From positions 1 through 33,399 of the forward strand of contig CAYYFD010000002.1 in assembly GCA_964471125.1 (NCBI GenBank): a stretch of 33,399 bases of DNA, in the 5' to 3' direction. The DNA comes from an uncultured Candidatus Peribacteria bacterium (GTDB lineage: Bacteria; Patescibacteriota; Gracilibacteria; Peribacterales; Peribacteraceae). Shown piece by piece: positions 1-8,531 of the stretch. The notes under the pieces are model-generated. The model had not been told where the DNA came from. It saw only the letters and a program-made list of their open reading frames with translations, and searched no databases. Position 1 is the stretch's first letter; the number at the start of each line of letters is the position of its first letter. The position numbers and the translations under genes were made by a program.

Positions 1-777
1 GGGGGTTTCCCCCGCCCCTCCCGGGTACTTCTTGGCGCAGGAAGGAGCTTTGTCGCGCGCGTCAGTGTCATCTGCGTCGAAGGCGCCCAGTCTCTCGCAG
101 CAGTCGCCGTTTAGCGGGTCATCGTTGCGAGCCTTTTCCTTGTTGCCGTGCTGCACGCAGGTTTGTCTGTCCACAACAAGAGGAACAAGGGAGATGATCT
201 TGTACCAGACATCAACCCAGACAGGAGATTGCCATTTATTCATACGCTGACAGATGGTCTGACAGCGATCCGGTGTCGACATATTGTCCTTGTTCGGGTC
301 ATCGTCCGGATCTTTACAAGGGGGGGCGTCATCGAAAAACGGCGGAAACCCCGGGCGGCATGCTGTACTCCATCCTCGCGCGCGCGTAGTGACCGGAAAG
401 ACATAGCCGTCACCTAGCGCTCCACTGGACTCATCACGCATGGCCATGCCGGAGGGTTTTTTCGCAAATGGATCTCCTGTGCTCCCTGGTACCCCCACCA
501 CCGTAGCAATTCTATCGACGACGCTTAAGTTTATATTCCATCCGCCACAGACCGCACGATCATTCAGATCCTGATAGATTTCACCTTTAAGCTGACCGAT
601 CTTCCCCGTGACATCGAAGATGGCATCCATATCAGCCGGATTTGTCGTAGGGATTTTATACGGCTCGGGAAAGTCCACCGTATCTCTCGGAGCGGCACTC
701 GCTGAACTCACTGTCAGAAGCATTCCACATCCGAGCAATGTCGCGAGAAGTCGGCGGGGAGGAGGAAGTGTTCGCAC
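1..777 (-). CDS. secreted Cys-rich hypothetical protein (3' end cut by window edge)
   Basis: Uninterrupted 259-codon minus-strand frame from GTG at 775-777 to position 1. The N-terminus (M)RTLPPPRRLLATLLGCGMLLTVSSASA-AP looks like a signal peptide. It is absent from the ORF track because its stop lies outside the window. Confidence 0.55.
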   Translation of the reverse strand, partial: MRTLPPPRRLLATLLGCGMLLTVSSASAAPRDTVDFPEPYKIPTTNPADMDAIFDVTGKIGQLKGEIYQDLNDRAVCGGWNINLSVVDRIATVVGVPGSTGDPFAKKPSGMAMRDESSGALGDGYVFPVTTRARGWSTACRPGFPPFFDDAPPCKDPDDDPNKDNMSTPDRCQTICQRMNKWQSPVWVDVWYKIISLVPLVVDRQTCVQHGNKEKARNDDPLNGDCCERLGAFDADDTDARDKAPSCAKKYPGGAGETP

Positions 778-874
778 AGCGGTTCCTATGGTAACTCTTT
801 TATGCGCAGAGGATGGTGAAGAAAAATTGACACGACACGTAGAAAATAGAAGAGCAGCAGGACGAAAGAAAAAA

Positions 875-963
875 AGAAATAAGGGATGTACGGGAAATAA
901 GGGATTATCCCTTACATCCCTTATTTCTCTTATTCCCCTTATTTCCCTTATTTCCCGTATTCT
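875..963. repeat. cluster of GAAATAAGGG / CCCTTATTTC 10-mers including a 16-bp inverted repeat
   Basis: AGAAATAAGGGATGTA (875-890) is the exact reverse complement of TACATCCCTTATTTCT (913-928). An inner palindrome AAGGGATTATCCCTT lies at 899-913. CCCTTATTTC recurs at 918-927, 936-945 and 945-954, with degenerate copies beside them. Confidence 0.8.
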
Positions 964-1075
964 CAATCCCTTCGTCTATTGCACCTTCTTTTTCATGGGT
1001 GTACGAATGTACACGTTGCTTCTTTTGCAACCTCGCGTAGGCTCCGCGATCCACTTGTCTTTCCCCCATTATTCT

Positions 1076-1930
1076 ATGTTTTCCCTCAATCGTGTTTCCC
1101 TCATCGGGTACCAAACACAGCCTGTTGAGCTTCGTCAGACCCCTTCCGGAACGGCAGTGACCGATCTGAATATCGTTGTTCCCACAACATTTTCTTCCGG
1201 AGCGGGAGAGCAGCTCACCGGCAAAGGATTTTTTACGGTGACGGTTTGGGGAGCGATGGCGGAAGTCGCATCACAATATTTGCGTGCCGGCGGACAGGTG
1301 TACATCAGTGGTCGTCTGCAGACCGATAGCTGGGAGGACCAGCAAAGCAAAGAGAAGCGCAATAAAACAAAGATCGTTGCTCAGGACATGATCCTTCTGG
1401 ATCCTAAAGATGGTCAGCGCCCTGCCACCGCGGGGTCAGAGCTGGGTAAATGCCTGAATCGTGCCGAGATCATCGGCAATGTAACCAAAGATCCCGAAAT
1501 GCGTACAACAACGAGTGGTCAGAACGTGCTGACGATCGGCGTCGCCAGTAACGAGAAGTGGAAAGACAAGCAGAGCAATGAGATGAAGGAGCGCACGGAG
1601 TTCCACAGTGTTGTCGTATGGGGTGCGCTTGCCCAAGAGCTTTCAGCGCAGGTGAAGAAGGGCAATAAAGTATTCGTTTCCGGCCGCGTGCAAACACGCA
1701 GTTGGGAAACGCAGACCGGAAGCAAGCGGACAACGACGGAGGTTGTTGCTGATCAAGTAAGTTTGCTCGGCGTTGCGAATGCTATTGCGACTGAAGCAGT
1801 TTCTTCGCGCTCTGCAATGCCTGCACGCGAGAAGCAGGAAGAGTCCGCATCGGTTGCTGCAGAGCCCGTCGGCGTGATGCCGGAAGTGCAGTACCAGTCG
1901 GATGTGAAGGTGGAGGATTTGCCGTTTTAA
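1076..1930 (+). CDS. ssb: single-stranded DNA-binding protein with two tandem OB folds
   Basis: Two consecutive SSB-like OB segments (MFSLNRVSLIGY...SGRLQTDSWED and LNRAEIIGNVTKDPEMR...SGRVQTRSWET) and the C-terminal tip ...VKVEDLPF. The ATG at 1076 is in frame with track ORF 608..1930, whose upstream part overlaps the minus-strand CDS and the repeats. Confidence 0.85.
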   Translation: MFSLNRVSLIGYQTQPVELRQTPSGTAVTDLNIVVPTTFSSGAGEQLTGKGFFTVTVWGAMAEVASQYLRAGGQVYISGRLQTDSWEDQQSKEKRNKTKIVAQDMILLDPKDGQRPATAGSELGKCLNRAEIIGNVTKDPEMRTTTSGQNVLTIGVASNEKWKDKQSNEMKERTEFHSVVVWGALAQELSAQVKKGNKVFVSGRVQTRSWETQTGSKRTTTEVVADQVSLLGVANAIATEAVSSRSAMPAREKQEESASVAAEPVGVMPEVQYQSDVKVEDLPF

Positions 1931-1945
1931 AAAATTCTTCCAAGT

Positions 1946-1983
1946 CCGTAGCGGAGGTTCATGAACCTCCGCTACGGTTTTTT
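1946..1983 (+). terminator. rho-independent terminator between convergent ssb and murB
   Basis: Perfect 32-nt palindrome CCGTAGCGGAGGTTCA/TGAACCTCCGCTACGG (1946-1977) followed by T6 (1978-1983). An A-run upstream could give weaker function on the minus strand. Confidence 0.75.
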
Positions 1984-2851
1984 AAAACGTAAGCGATCCA
2001 TTGGGTTGGATACATCGCATCTCCACCTCCAACTTCTCCGGGATTTTTTCTTTCACCGTATTCACTACATTTACCGCGTCCTTAAACGTCGCGCCCTTTT
2101 CTCCAATCAAAAAATTTGCGTGCTTCTCGCTGATCATCACGCCGCCCGACTTGTATCCCCGTAATTCTACGGCGTCTATCAGTTGCCATGCAGGAGTATC
2201 GCCAACTGCCTTGAAGCAGGAACCTGCCGTGCGCTGGTGAGGCTGCGTTTCAATCCGTTTTTGCAGGAGACGTTCTATTTCGGCTTTGACTGCGGCAGGG
2301 TCGCCATGGGGGATAGTGAGGGTTGCAGACCAGATAATGGGATAAGCTGACAGCTTTTTTTTAAAGATACTTTCGCGGTACTCAAAGCCACATTCTTTTT
2401 TCGTAAGTGTTCGCCATTGGCCGTCGAAGATCGTTACTGATTCCACAAACTGATCCACCCATATCCCCTTCGGTCCCTGTCCGGCGTTACCGAAGATCGC
2501 ACCGCCGATCGTTCCCGGAATCCCCGTAAGAGGGGAGAGATCGAGGCCTTCCTTTGCAAGTTCGTTGATGAGCATGGGAAGGTTCTTGCCGGAGGAGATG
2601 GCAATGGTTGCGGAGTTTTCGACTGTCCAGTCTTGCGCGGCGATGCGAACGATAAGAGCGTTGATTTCACCATCAGCGAAGATTGTGTTGCTGCCTGAGC
2701 CGAGAACGATCAGGGGAAGATTCTTTTCCTGTGCAAATGCGTACGCTTCCTCAGCGGCTTCTTTTGTCGTGAGTTCTGCAAAGTAGCGTGCGGTACCACC
2801 GATGCGCATGGTGGTTTTGGGGCCGAGGGGTTCGTGCTCCTTAAGGTGCAT
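1982..2851 (-). CDS. murB: UDP-N-acetylenolpyruvoylglucosamine reductase
   Basis: 289-aa ORF with MurB-like FAD-binding N-terminus (RIGGTARYF, VLGSGSN) and a MurB-like C-terminal region (AGSCFK, GGVMISEKHANF). Confidence 0.9.
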   Translation of the reverse strand: MHLKEHEPLGPKTTMRIGGTARYFAELTTKEAAEEAYAFAQEKNLPLIVLGSGSNTIFADGEINALIVRIAAQDWTVENSATIAISSGKNLPMLINELAKEGLDLSPLTGIPGTIGGAIFGNAGQGPKGIWVDQFVESVTIFDGQWRTLTKKECGFEYRESIFKKKLSAYPIIWSATLTIPHGDPAAVKAEIERLLQKRIETQPHQRTAGSCFKAVGDTPAWQLIDAVELRGYKSGGVMISEKHANFLIGEKGATFKDAVNVVNTVKEKIPEKLEVEMRCIQPNGSLTF

Positions 2852-2873
2852 GTTTCTATTGTGCCTTCTCGTC

Positions 2874-3350
2874 CTATCTCTTCGATAGCAATGCCGCCGC
2901 CTTTTCCATACTATCGAACACCTTTTGTCCCCCTCCGCGTAGCTGTACTTTACTCATCATCCATCCGACAGCAGCAACGGCGACAAGCCCGCCGGCAAGG
3001 ATGGCCAGTTCTTTGGTTCCAAGGCTAATATTGACCTGAAGAAGGAGGAGTTCCATCACAGCGAGCGCAAACACTCCACCGATCATGCCGATGCCGAGTG
3101 TGACAACCACAATATGTACACGGTTCTCCTGACTGTCCTGTGCGGCTCCGGCGAGGCTCGTCAGAAGTTCTGCATCAATTACCACAGGAGATGCACCCCA
3201 GTCTTTGAAGAGCGTGGTGACTTTGCGCTGGATCACCAGCATCACGAATGTTTTAAAGGGAACGGTCGTCTTTCCTTCGATGATTGCTCGTGTTCCGTCG
3301 GAACGGAGCGTGACTTCTGTGTCGTGTTTGCTGGAGGTAGTGAAGGCCAT
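2874..3350 (-). CDS. hypothetical membrane protein
   Basis: 158-aa ORF with two hydrophobic helices (VHIVVVTLGIGMIGGVFALAVMELLLL and LAILAGGLVAVAAVGWMM). It is tightly packed between the TrmB-like gene and murB on the same strand. Confidence 0.6.
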   Translation of the reverse strand: MAFTTSSKHDTEVTLRSDGTRAIIEGKTTVPFKTFVMLVIQRKVTTLFKDWGASPVVIDAELLTSLAGAAQDSQENRVHIVVVTLGIGMIGGVFALAVMELLLLQVNISLGTKELAILAGGLVAVAAVGWMMSKVQLRGGGQKVFDSMEKAAALLSKR

Positions 3351-3362
3351 AAACGGAGTGTA

Positions 3363-4145
3363 TCACCTTTTGGTAACAGGGGAACTTGCCTGCCAGAGGA
3401 TTTCAAACCATGCGCGGAAAGCATCGGCGATATTTTTATTTTCGATGCGTATGATTGTCTGTTCGTCATCATGGGCAAACAAGGCGAGCGTATCTTCAAA
3501 GAGCATGGTATCCAGATCGAACTGTGCATCCTTTGGCAGTAGCCGCATCTGGTAATCATCACTGGGCGGCACGTCGCGAATGTACTGCATTGCCATTGCA
3601 CTTTGTACGAGAAGATCGCGACCACGTAACTTTGCCGATTTACCAAAGAGTGACGTGACGATATTCCCGCCAAACGATTGAAATAACGATGCAGGATTGA
3701 ATATGCCGCAGATTTCGTGGGACAGTGCATCTCTGTAGAGCTGTCGCATGCCTTCCATACCCCGCAGTGTGGTGACACGCGGCGTTCCCATAAGGGGTTT
3801 TGTCAGCTGGGACAGCAGAGGGAGTGATCCCAATATCAGAGGTTTAAGAGAGTGCAATTCCCGTTCTCTGTTTTCGACAAACTGCAGCAGGCGCTCCGGC
3901 GGTTCTGCAATGAAGTGAATCACCTTCCCGCGTTCAATCTCAGAGACCAACCCTTTTGCCTCAAGATTGCGCAGGAGCAAATACACATGACTGCGTTCCT
4001 GCTTTGCAGCTTTTGCGACTGCGCTTGCCCGTGCGACCTTAAGGGAGAGGAGCGCCAGATAGACTTCCACCTCTTTTTCATCGAGCCCGATGCGCAGAAG
4101 AAGCGGGCGGATAGCAGTGAAGCCTGATGGAGAAGTGGTAGCCAT
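3363..4145 (-). CDS. TrmB-family winged-helix transcriptional regulator
   Basis: The N-terminus LGLDEKEVEVYLALLSLKVARASAVAKAAKQERSHVYLLLRNLEAKGLV matches the TrmB-type HTH pattern. A roughly 180-aa C-terminal domain follows. Confidence 0.7.
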   Translation of the reverse strand: MATTSPSGFTAIRPLLLRIGLDEKEVEVYLALLSLKVARASAVAKAAKQERSHVYLLLRNLEAKGLVSEIERGKVIHFIAEPPERLLQFVENRERELHSLKPLILGSLPLLSQLTKPLMGTPRVTTLRGMEGMRQLYRDALSHEICGIFNPASLFQSFGGNIVTSLFGKSAKLRGRDLLVQSAMAMQYIRDVPPSDDYQMRLLPKDAQFDLDTMLFEDTLALFAHDDEQTIIRIENKNIADAFRAWFEILWQASSPVTKR

Positions 4146-4328
4146 ATGTTGTTAATAATTATAGACAAAATGAGTTTATAAGTAAAGCATTGGCTTCATA
4201 TAGATATTATTTGGTGATGTGAAGTAATATACAAAATGTATATTTATGAAATAATAGTGTTGTTCAGTCAATGTTTGATTGAATATGGTCTTTCACACAA
4301 GCGGCTCAGAAAAAGGTGGTAATCCATT

Positions 4329-4592
4329 ATGCGTACCAAAGCGACAAACCAGAAACGTGAAACTTTTATCAAGATTTTCTCCAGCCTGTCATCGCGAGAT
4401 GATGGCCAGGGAAAATTCTTTGGTTGCAAGAAGCTATTGTTTGATCCACTGATTCTCCAACGGGAAATCCAGGAATGGATCGTAGACAATCCTCGGATTG
4501 AAATCTTACAAATGGTGCAAAGTCAGCATATGCAGGAAGCGTCCGACAACAGACTGCCATGGATTACCATTAGTCTTCTCTACACACGGTAG
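4329..4592 (+). CDS. hypothetical small protein (87 aa)
   Basis: AAGGTGG lies 9 nt upstream of the ATG, an AT-rich region precedes it, and a strong terminator follows 23 nt after the stop. I recognised no family. Confidence 0.4.
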   Translation: MRTKATNQKRETFIKIFSSLSSRDDGQGKFFGCKKLLFDPLILQREIQEWIVDNPRIEILQMVQSQHMQEASDNRLPWITISLLYTR

Positions 4593-4614
4593 AGTCAGAT
4601 GTGAGCCGCACACC

Positions 4615-4640
4615 GCCCCAACTTCGGTTGGGGCTTTTTT
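4615..4640 (+). terminator. rho-independent terminator
   Basis: GCCCCAAC-TTCG-GTTGGGGC (8-bp stem, UUCG loop) followed by T6. Confidence 0.85.
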
Positions 4641-4665
4641 GTGATGCTCTACGTCGGCCGCTCTG

Positions 4666-4926
4666 TTATTTGCCATTAGCAACTTCCAACCCGCCCGCCT
4701 CGAGCATCAGGCGTCTGATATCGAGTACAAACCCCAAGCTTTTGCTGTTGATCTGCACATCCATTCTTTTGCTTCGGGTATCGAATGTCACAGGGCTTTG
4801 GAAGTCCCCGAAAATCCAGTCACGCATTTTCGTTCGGGATTCCTCCGTCATTTGCGTCGTGTCAAAATGCAAAACTGGGAAGAGTGACCGATCTGTTCTA
4901 TCTGAGAATAAGTGGGCGAATTCCAT
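4666..4926 (-). CDS. hypothetical small protein (86 aa)
   Basis: ORF in tandem with the 75-aa ORF downstream of gltX on the same strand. No recognisable motif. Confidence 0.4.
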   Translation of the reverse strand: MEFAHLFSDRTDRSLFPVLHFDTTQMTEESRTKMRDWIFGDFQSPVTFDTRSKRMDVQINSKSLGFVLDIRRLMLEAGGLEVANGK

Positions 4927-4962
4927 GATGTAGAGAAAATAAATAACGCTCCATTCATTTTC

Positions 4963-5190
4963 CTAGGTGTTGATGCTTTGGGTAAGAGGGCATCCAGCTT
5001 TCTCCAAGAGCATTTTAATTGTGTCACGATGTTCTTGCCCTGAAGAAGTAAGTTGAATTTCGATAAAATCCCCATTTGCTTGTACATCTCCCCACCCACG
5101 GCCTGAAATTGTTCGCATCGCCGTTGGCCAGTCCACTTCAGAATCTAGAGAGTGCCCCCAGTGCGCTGTCATGATTTGCTCGGATGTCAT
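4963..5190 (-). CDS. hypothetical small protein (75 aa)
   Basis: ORF starting 20 nt after the gltX stop on the same strand. No recognisable motif. Confidence 0.4.
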   Translation of the reverse strand: MTSEQIMTAHWGHSLDSEVDWPTAMRTISGRGWGDVQANGDFIEIQLTSSGQEHRDTIKMLLEKAGCPLTQSINT

Positions 5191-5210
5191 ATATGATTAT
5201 ATAAATATAA

Positions 5211-6668
5211 TTATGAGCATGCGTCAATCCTTTGCAGCGTCTTTTCCTTCCCTAGCGCCTCCGCCACCTCAAACGCCCCCGGGCTGTAGGGCTTGCCTGT
5301 AAGTGCGGCGCGTAGAGGCCACAGGATTTGACCGAGCTTGTATCCCTTTGTTTCCACGAGAGCGCGTAATCGTTCCTCAAGAATTGTCCGGTTCCAATCT
5401 TTTGCGTCAATGTCCGCGAGCACTGCATGTAACTGCGGCAGAATTTCCTTTACCAGCTCCGGCGTTAGTTTTTGCTTAGGGTTGGCCAGAAGTTCCATCG
5501 TCACGGTCGGTTCCTCGTAGAAGAATCGTAGTGTCTCAGGCGCTTCAGGAAGAAGGATCAGGCGCTCCTGAATGAGGATAGCCTTCGAAAGAATGTCGTG
5601 GTCTTTGGAAGCAACAGGCAGATCTTTTTGAAGATATGGATGAATGCGCTGCAAAAATTCCTCAGGCGTGAACTTGCGGATCCACTGCCCCTGAATCCAG
5701 TCGAGTTTCTCGTGGTCGAATATCGCGCCTGCCTTTGAAACACGCTCGATCGAGAATGCATCGATGAGTTCAGCAAGTGAAAACATTTCCTGTTCCGTAC
5801 CGGGGTTCCACCCGAGAAGTGTAAGGAAGTTCAGCAGCGCTTCGGGGAGGTATCCCTTCGTCTGGTAATCCTCTGCGGCGACATCACCCTGGCGCTTAGA
5901 GAGCTTGCTTCGGTCGGCATTCAGCAGGAGCGGTACATGCGCATAGCGCGGCGGTTTCCAGCCGAGGTACTCAAAGAGTAGTAGGTGTTTGGGAAGAGAG
6001 CTCAGCCACTCCTCTCCGCGGATGACGATATCGATATCCATGAGGTGATCATCCACAACGTGTGCGAGGTGGTAGGTGGGGAATCCATCACTCTTGAGAA
6101 GTACCTGATCATCGATGGTTTCTCCTTCGAAGGAAACAAAGCCACGAATGTCATCGGTGAATGTCACCGCCGAACTTCGGGGAATCTCCATGCGGATGAC
6201 ATACTTCTCTCCAGCTGCGATCCGACTTACAACGACTTCCTTGGAAAGTCCGAGGCATTTGCGATCATACATCGGAGCCTGCTTGTGCGCTTGCTGGTCT
6301 TTGCGCATGCGGTCGAGACGTTCTGTGGTGCAGAAGCATGGGTATGCTTTGCCGGATGCCAGAAGTTCATCTGCATATTTTCTGTAGAGGCCGAGACGCT
6401 GCGATTGGATGTACGGTCCCTTCGATCCTTTTTGTACAACTACTCCATTCTCCATCAGTACTCCTTCATCCGGAGGAAGTCCTGCCCAGTGCAGGGTCCG
6501 GAGAATATTTTCAATCGCTCCATCCACACTTCTTTCTTGATCTGTATCTTCGATGCGCAAGAGGAAAGACCCCTTCGTTTGCTTCGCGACGAGGTACGCA
6601 AAAAGCGCAGTGCGTAGTCCCCCGATATGAAGCATGCCGGTGGGGGAGGGGGCGAAACGGGTGCGCAT
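5211..6668 (-). CDS. gltX: glutamate--tRNA ligase
   Basis: Class I HIGH-type motif (RFAPSPTGMLHIGG), KMSKS-type motif (KLSKR), and a GluRS-like sequence throughout. Confidence 0.93.
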   Translation of the reverse strand: MRTRFAPSPTGMLHIGGLRTALFAYLVAKQTKGSFLLRIEDTDQERSVDGAIENILRTLHWAGLPPDEGVLMENGVVVQKGSKGPYIQSQRLGLYRKYADELLASGKAYPCFCTTERLDRMRKDQQAHKQAPMYDRKCLGLSKEVVVSRIAAGEKYVIRMEIPRSSAVTFTDDIRGFVSFEGETIDDQVLLKSDGFPTYHLAHVVDDHLMDIDIVIRGEEWLSSLPKHLLLFEYLGWKPPRYAHVPLLLNADRSKLSKRQGDVAAEDYQTKGYLPEALLNFLTLLGWNPGTEQEMFSLAELIDAFSIERVSKAGAIFDHEKLDWIQGQWIRKFTPEEFLQRIHPYLQKDLPVASKDHDILSKAILIQERLILLPEAPETLRFFYEEPTVTMELLANPKQKLTPELVKEILPQLHAVLADIDAKDWNRTILEERLRALVETKGYKLGQILWPLRAALTGKPYSPGAFEVAEALGKEKTLQRIDACS

Positions 6669-6683
6669 GAATGCAGCTTATAG

Positions 6684-6737
6684 CTGTCAGCTTTCAGCTT
6701 ACAGTAGCTTTATCTAAAAAACCTGACAGCTGAAAGC
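6684..6737. repeat. intergenic word-shuffled palindromes (CTGTCAG/GCTTTCAGC vs CTGACAG/GCTGAAAGC)
   Basis: GCTTTCAGC (6690-6698) pairs with GCTGAAAGC (6729-6737). Alternatively, CTGTCAG (6684-6690) pairs with CTGACAG (6723-6729). The element sits between the cyclophilin stop and the gltX start. Confidence 0.6.
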
Positions 6738-6753
6738 CAAAACCTAACAGCTA

Positions 6754-7404
6754 TTACTTTACCTCCACACTGAACGTCACCGGCACATTCGGCATATCAT
6801 TCTGATTACGGTCCACTTTGGCGATTTTGTGGATGACATCTGTACCAACAGTGACTTGTCCGAAGATCGTGTAGTTCGGGGGTAGTGGATAGTCCGCGTC
6901 CATAATGAAGAACTGCGATCCGTTCGTATCCGGTCCGCGGTTGGCCATGGCGAGCACTCCTACTTTGTAGCCAATGGACATCAGAGCATTGCTGTCGTCC
7001 GTTTCATCCTCAAACGTATCACCGTAGACGCTATTTCCTCCAGTTCCGTTTCCATTTGGGTCTCCTCCCTGAATCATAAATCCCGGGATAACACGGTGGA
7101 ATGTAAGCTGATCGTAGTATCCACTCTGTGCGAGGGTGATGAAGTTCGTTGCTGTTTTTGGTGCATTATCTGCATCCAGTTCTGCGGTGATGTCGCCCTT
7201 TGAGGTCTTGATGACGACTGTGTGCTTGCCGGAGAGAAGTTTTCCATCGAATCCTTTAAGCATGGTGGTGGGGGCAGAAGGTTGAGCAGCCGGAGCAGGG
7301 ACGGGCTTGTCGCCGTTCACCTCTGCAGGGGAGCAGCCGACAAGGAGAGCCAATGCGAACAGCGGGACAATGAATTTCCACATAAGACGGGCCAGAGTAG
7401 TCAT
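6754..7404 (-). CDS. cyclophilin-type peptidyl-prolyl cis-trans isomerase, probable lipoprotein
   Basis: Cyclophilin signature FHRVIPGFMIQGGDP...GSQFFI. N-terminal signal peptide with lipobox LLVGC. Confidence 0.88.
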   Translation of the reverse strand: MTTLARLMWKFIVPLFALALLVGCSPAEVNGDKPVPAPAAQPSAPTTMLKGFDGKLLSGKHTVVIKTSKGDITAELDADNAPKTATNFITLAQSGYYDQLTFHRVIPGFMIQGGDPNGNGTGGNSVYGDTFEDETDDSNALMSIGYKVGVLAMANRGPDTNGSQFFIMDADYPLPPNYTIFGQVTVGTDVIHKIAKVDRNQNDMPNVPVTFSVEVK

Positions 7405-7406
7405 GA

Positions 7407-8531
7407 TCAGTGCTTCCCGACAAGAGTCTCAGAGATGATATCTACAATTTGTCCAGCACTGTCTCCCCCCTGCATCTTGCGAATTCTGTCCTTCATGAGC
7501 TGATACTCCTCAGAATTCGCAATGAGTTGCGAGACCACATTCATGAGGTCTTTGTCCATCTCATTCTGTGTAACGAGCAAGGCAACTTTACGTTCTTGTA
7601 AAGACATCGCGTTTTTTAATTGATGATCATGTGCGAGACCGGAGATAGGGATGAGAATCGTCGGGATTCCATTCCCAAGAAGTTCAGCAATGGAACCTGC
7701 TCCTGCGCGACTGATGGCAATCGAGGTGCAGGCGTAGAGATGGGGGAGTTCTGAGTGGGCGAAGGGGAGGGAGAAGTAATTCCGAGTTCCGAGTTCCGAG
7801 TTCCGTTCTGCATATTTTCCCGGGCCGGTGAGATGTATGACATCACATATCGTCGTTAATTGATGAAGGTTTTTCAGCGTCCATTCGTTGATCACTTGCG
7901 CTCCTTGGCTGCCACCCATTATCAAAAGAATTGGTCGGATGCCGGAAAAGCCGGTGATGCGAAGGCCTTCTTCGCGCGAACCTTGGGTGATTTCGGGGCG
8001 GAGGGGGTTGCCGGTATAAAAATTCCTGGTTGCTTGTCCTGAGCCGCGTCGAAGGGCTGATTCCTGGTTGCTAATAGGGAACCCAAGGCAGACCTTTGTT
8101 GCCATCTTTGCAATCAATCTATTTGCCCTTCCCATCACGGCATCAGACTCATGAAGGATGATTGGTATGCCGAGTTTCTTTGCGGCGAAACAGACCGGTA
8201 CAGATACGTAGCCTCCTTTACTGAAGATGGCCTTGGGCTTAAGAGACCGCAATAACTTCAGTGACTGACGGTGTGCGATGAAAAATTTCCACGGGAAATT
8301 CCACGACAACCTCGGAGCATCAAGAACGGTGTATGGCAGAGATTCTTTTTTCAGAAATTCCGCTTCCCCACGGGGGCTGCAGACGAAATGGACGGAGAAC
8401 TCCGGATTCCTCTCCAGAAGTTTCCGTGCAACAGCGACGGCTGGGACAATGTGACCGAGGGTACCGCCGCCGGCGAAGAGGATTGTGGACATTGATTCCA
8501 GTATAGGGGGACTACTGAGAGAGTTTGGCAT
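7407..8531 (-). CDS. murG: undecaprenyldiphospho-muramoylpentapeptide beta-N-acetylglucosaminyltransferase
   Basis: G-loop FAGGGTLGHIVPA and C-terminal ISRAGAGSIAELL, with ftsW immediately upstream. An alternative and perhaps better start is the ATG at 8492 (MSTILFAGGG). Confidence 0.9.
   Translation of the reverse strand: MPNSLSSPPILESMSTILFAGGGTLGHIVPAVAVARKLLERNPEFSVHFVCSPRGEAEFLKKESLPYTVLDAPRLSWNFPWKFFIAHRQSLKLLRSLKPKAIFSKGGYVSVPVCFAAKKLGIPIILHESDAVMGRANRLIAKMATKVCLGFPISNQESALRRGSGQATRNFYTGNPLRPEITQGSREEGLRITGFSGIRPILLIMGGSQGAQVINEWTLKNLHQLTTICDVIHLTGPGKYAERNSELGTRNYFSLPFAHSELPHLYACTSIAISRAGAGSIAELLGNGIPTILIPISGLAHDHQLKNAMSLQERKVALLVTQNEMDKDLMNVVSQLIANSEEYQLMKDRIRKMQGGDSAGQIVDIISETLVGKH
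7780..7807. repeat. heptanucleotide tandem repeat (TTCCGAG x3 + TTCCGTT) inside murG
   Basis: Direct reading gives TTCCGAG at 7780-7786, 7787-7793 and 7794-7800, then TTCCGTT at 7801-7807. It encodes ...RNSELGTRN... in a variable MurG loop. Confidence 0.9.

Noticed and set aside
608-1075. 5' extension of the ssb ORF (the track gives a 440-aa ORF from 608)
   Set aside because: SSB similarity begins at the ATG at 1076. The upstream part runs through the repeat array and lies antisense to the better-supported minus-strand secreted-protein CDS.
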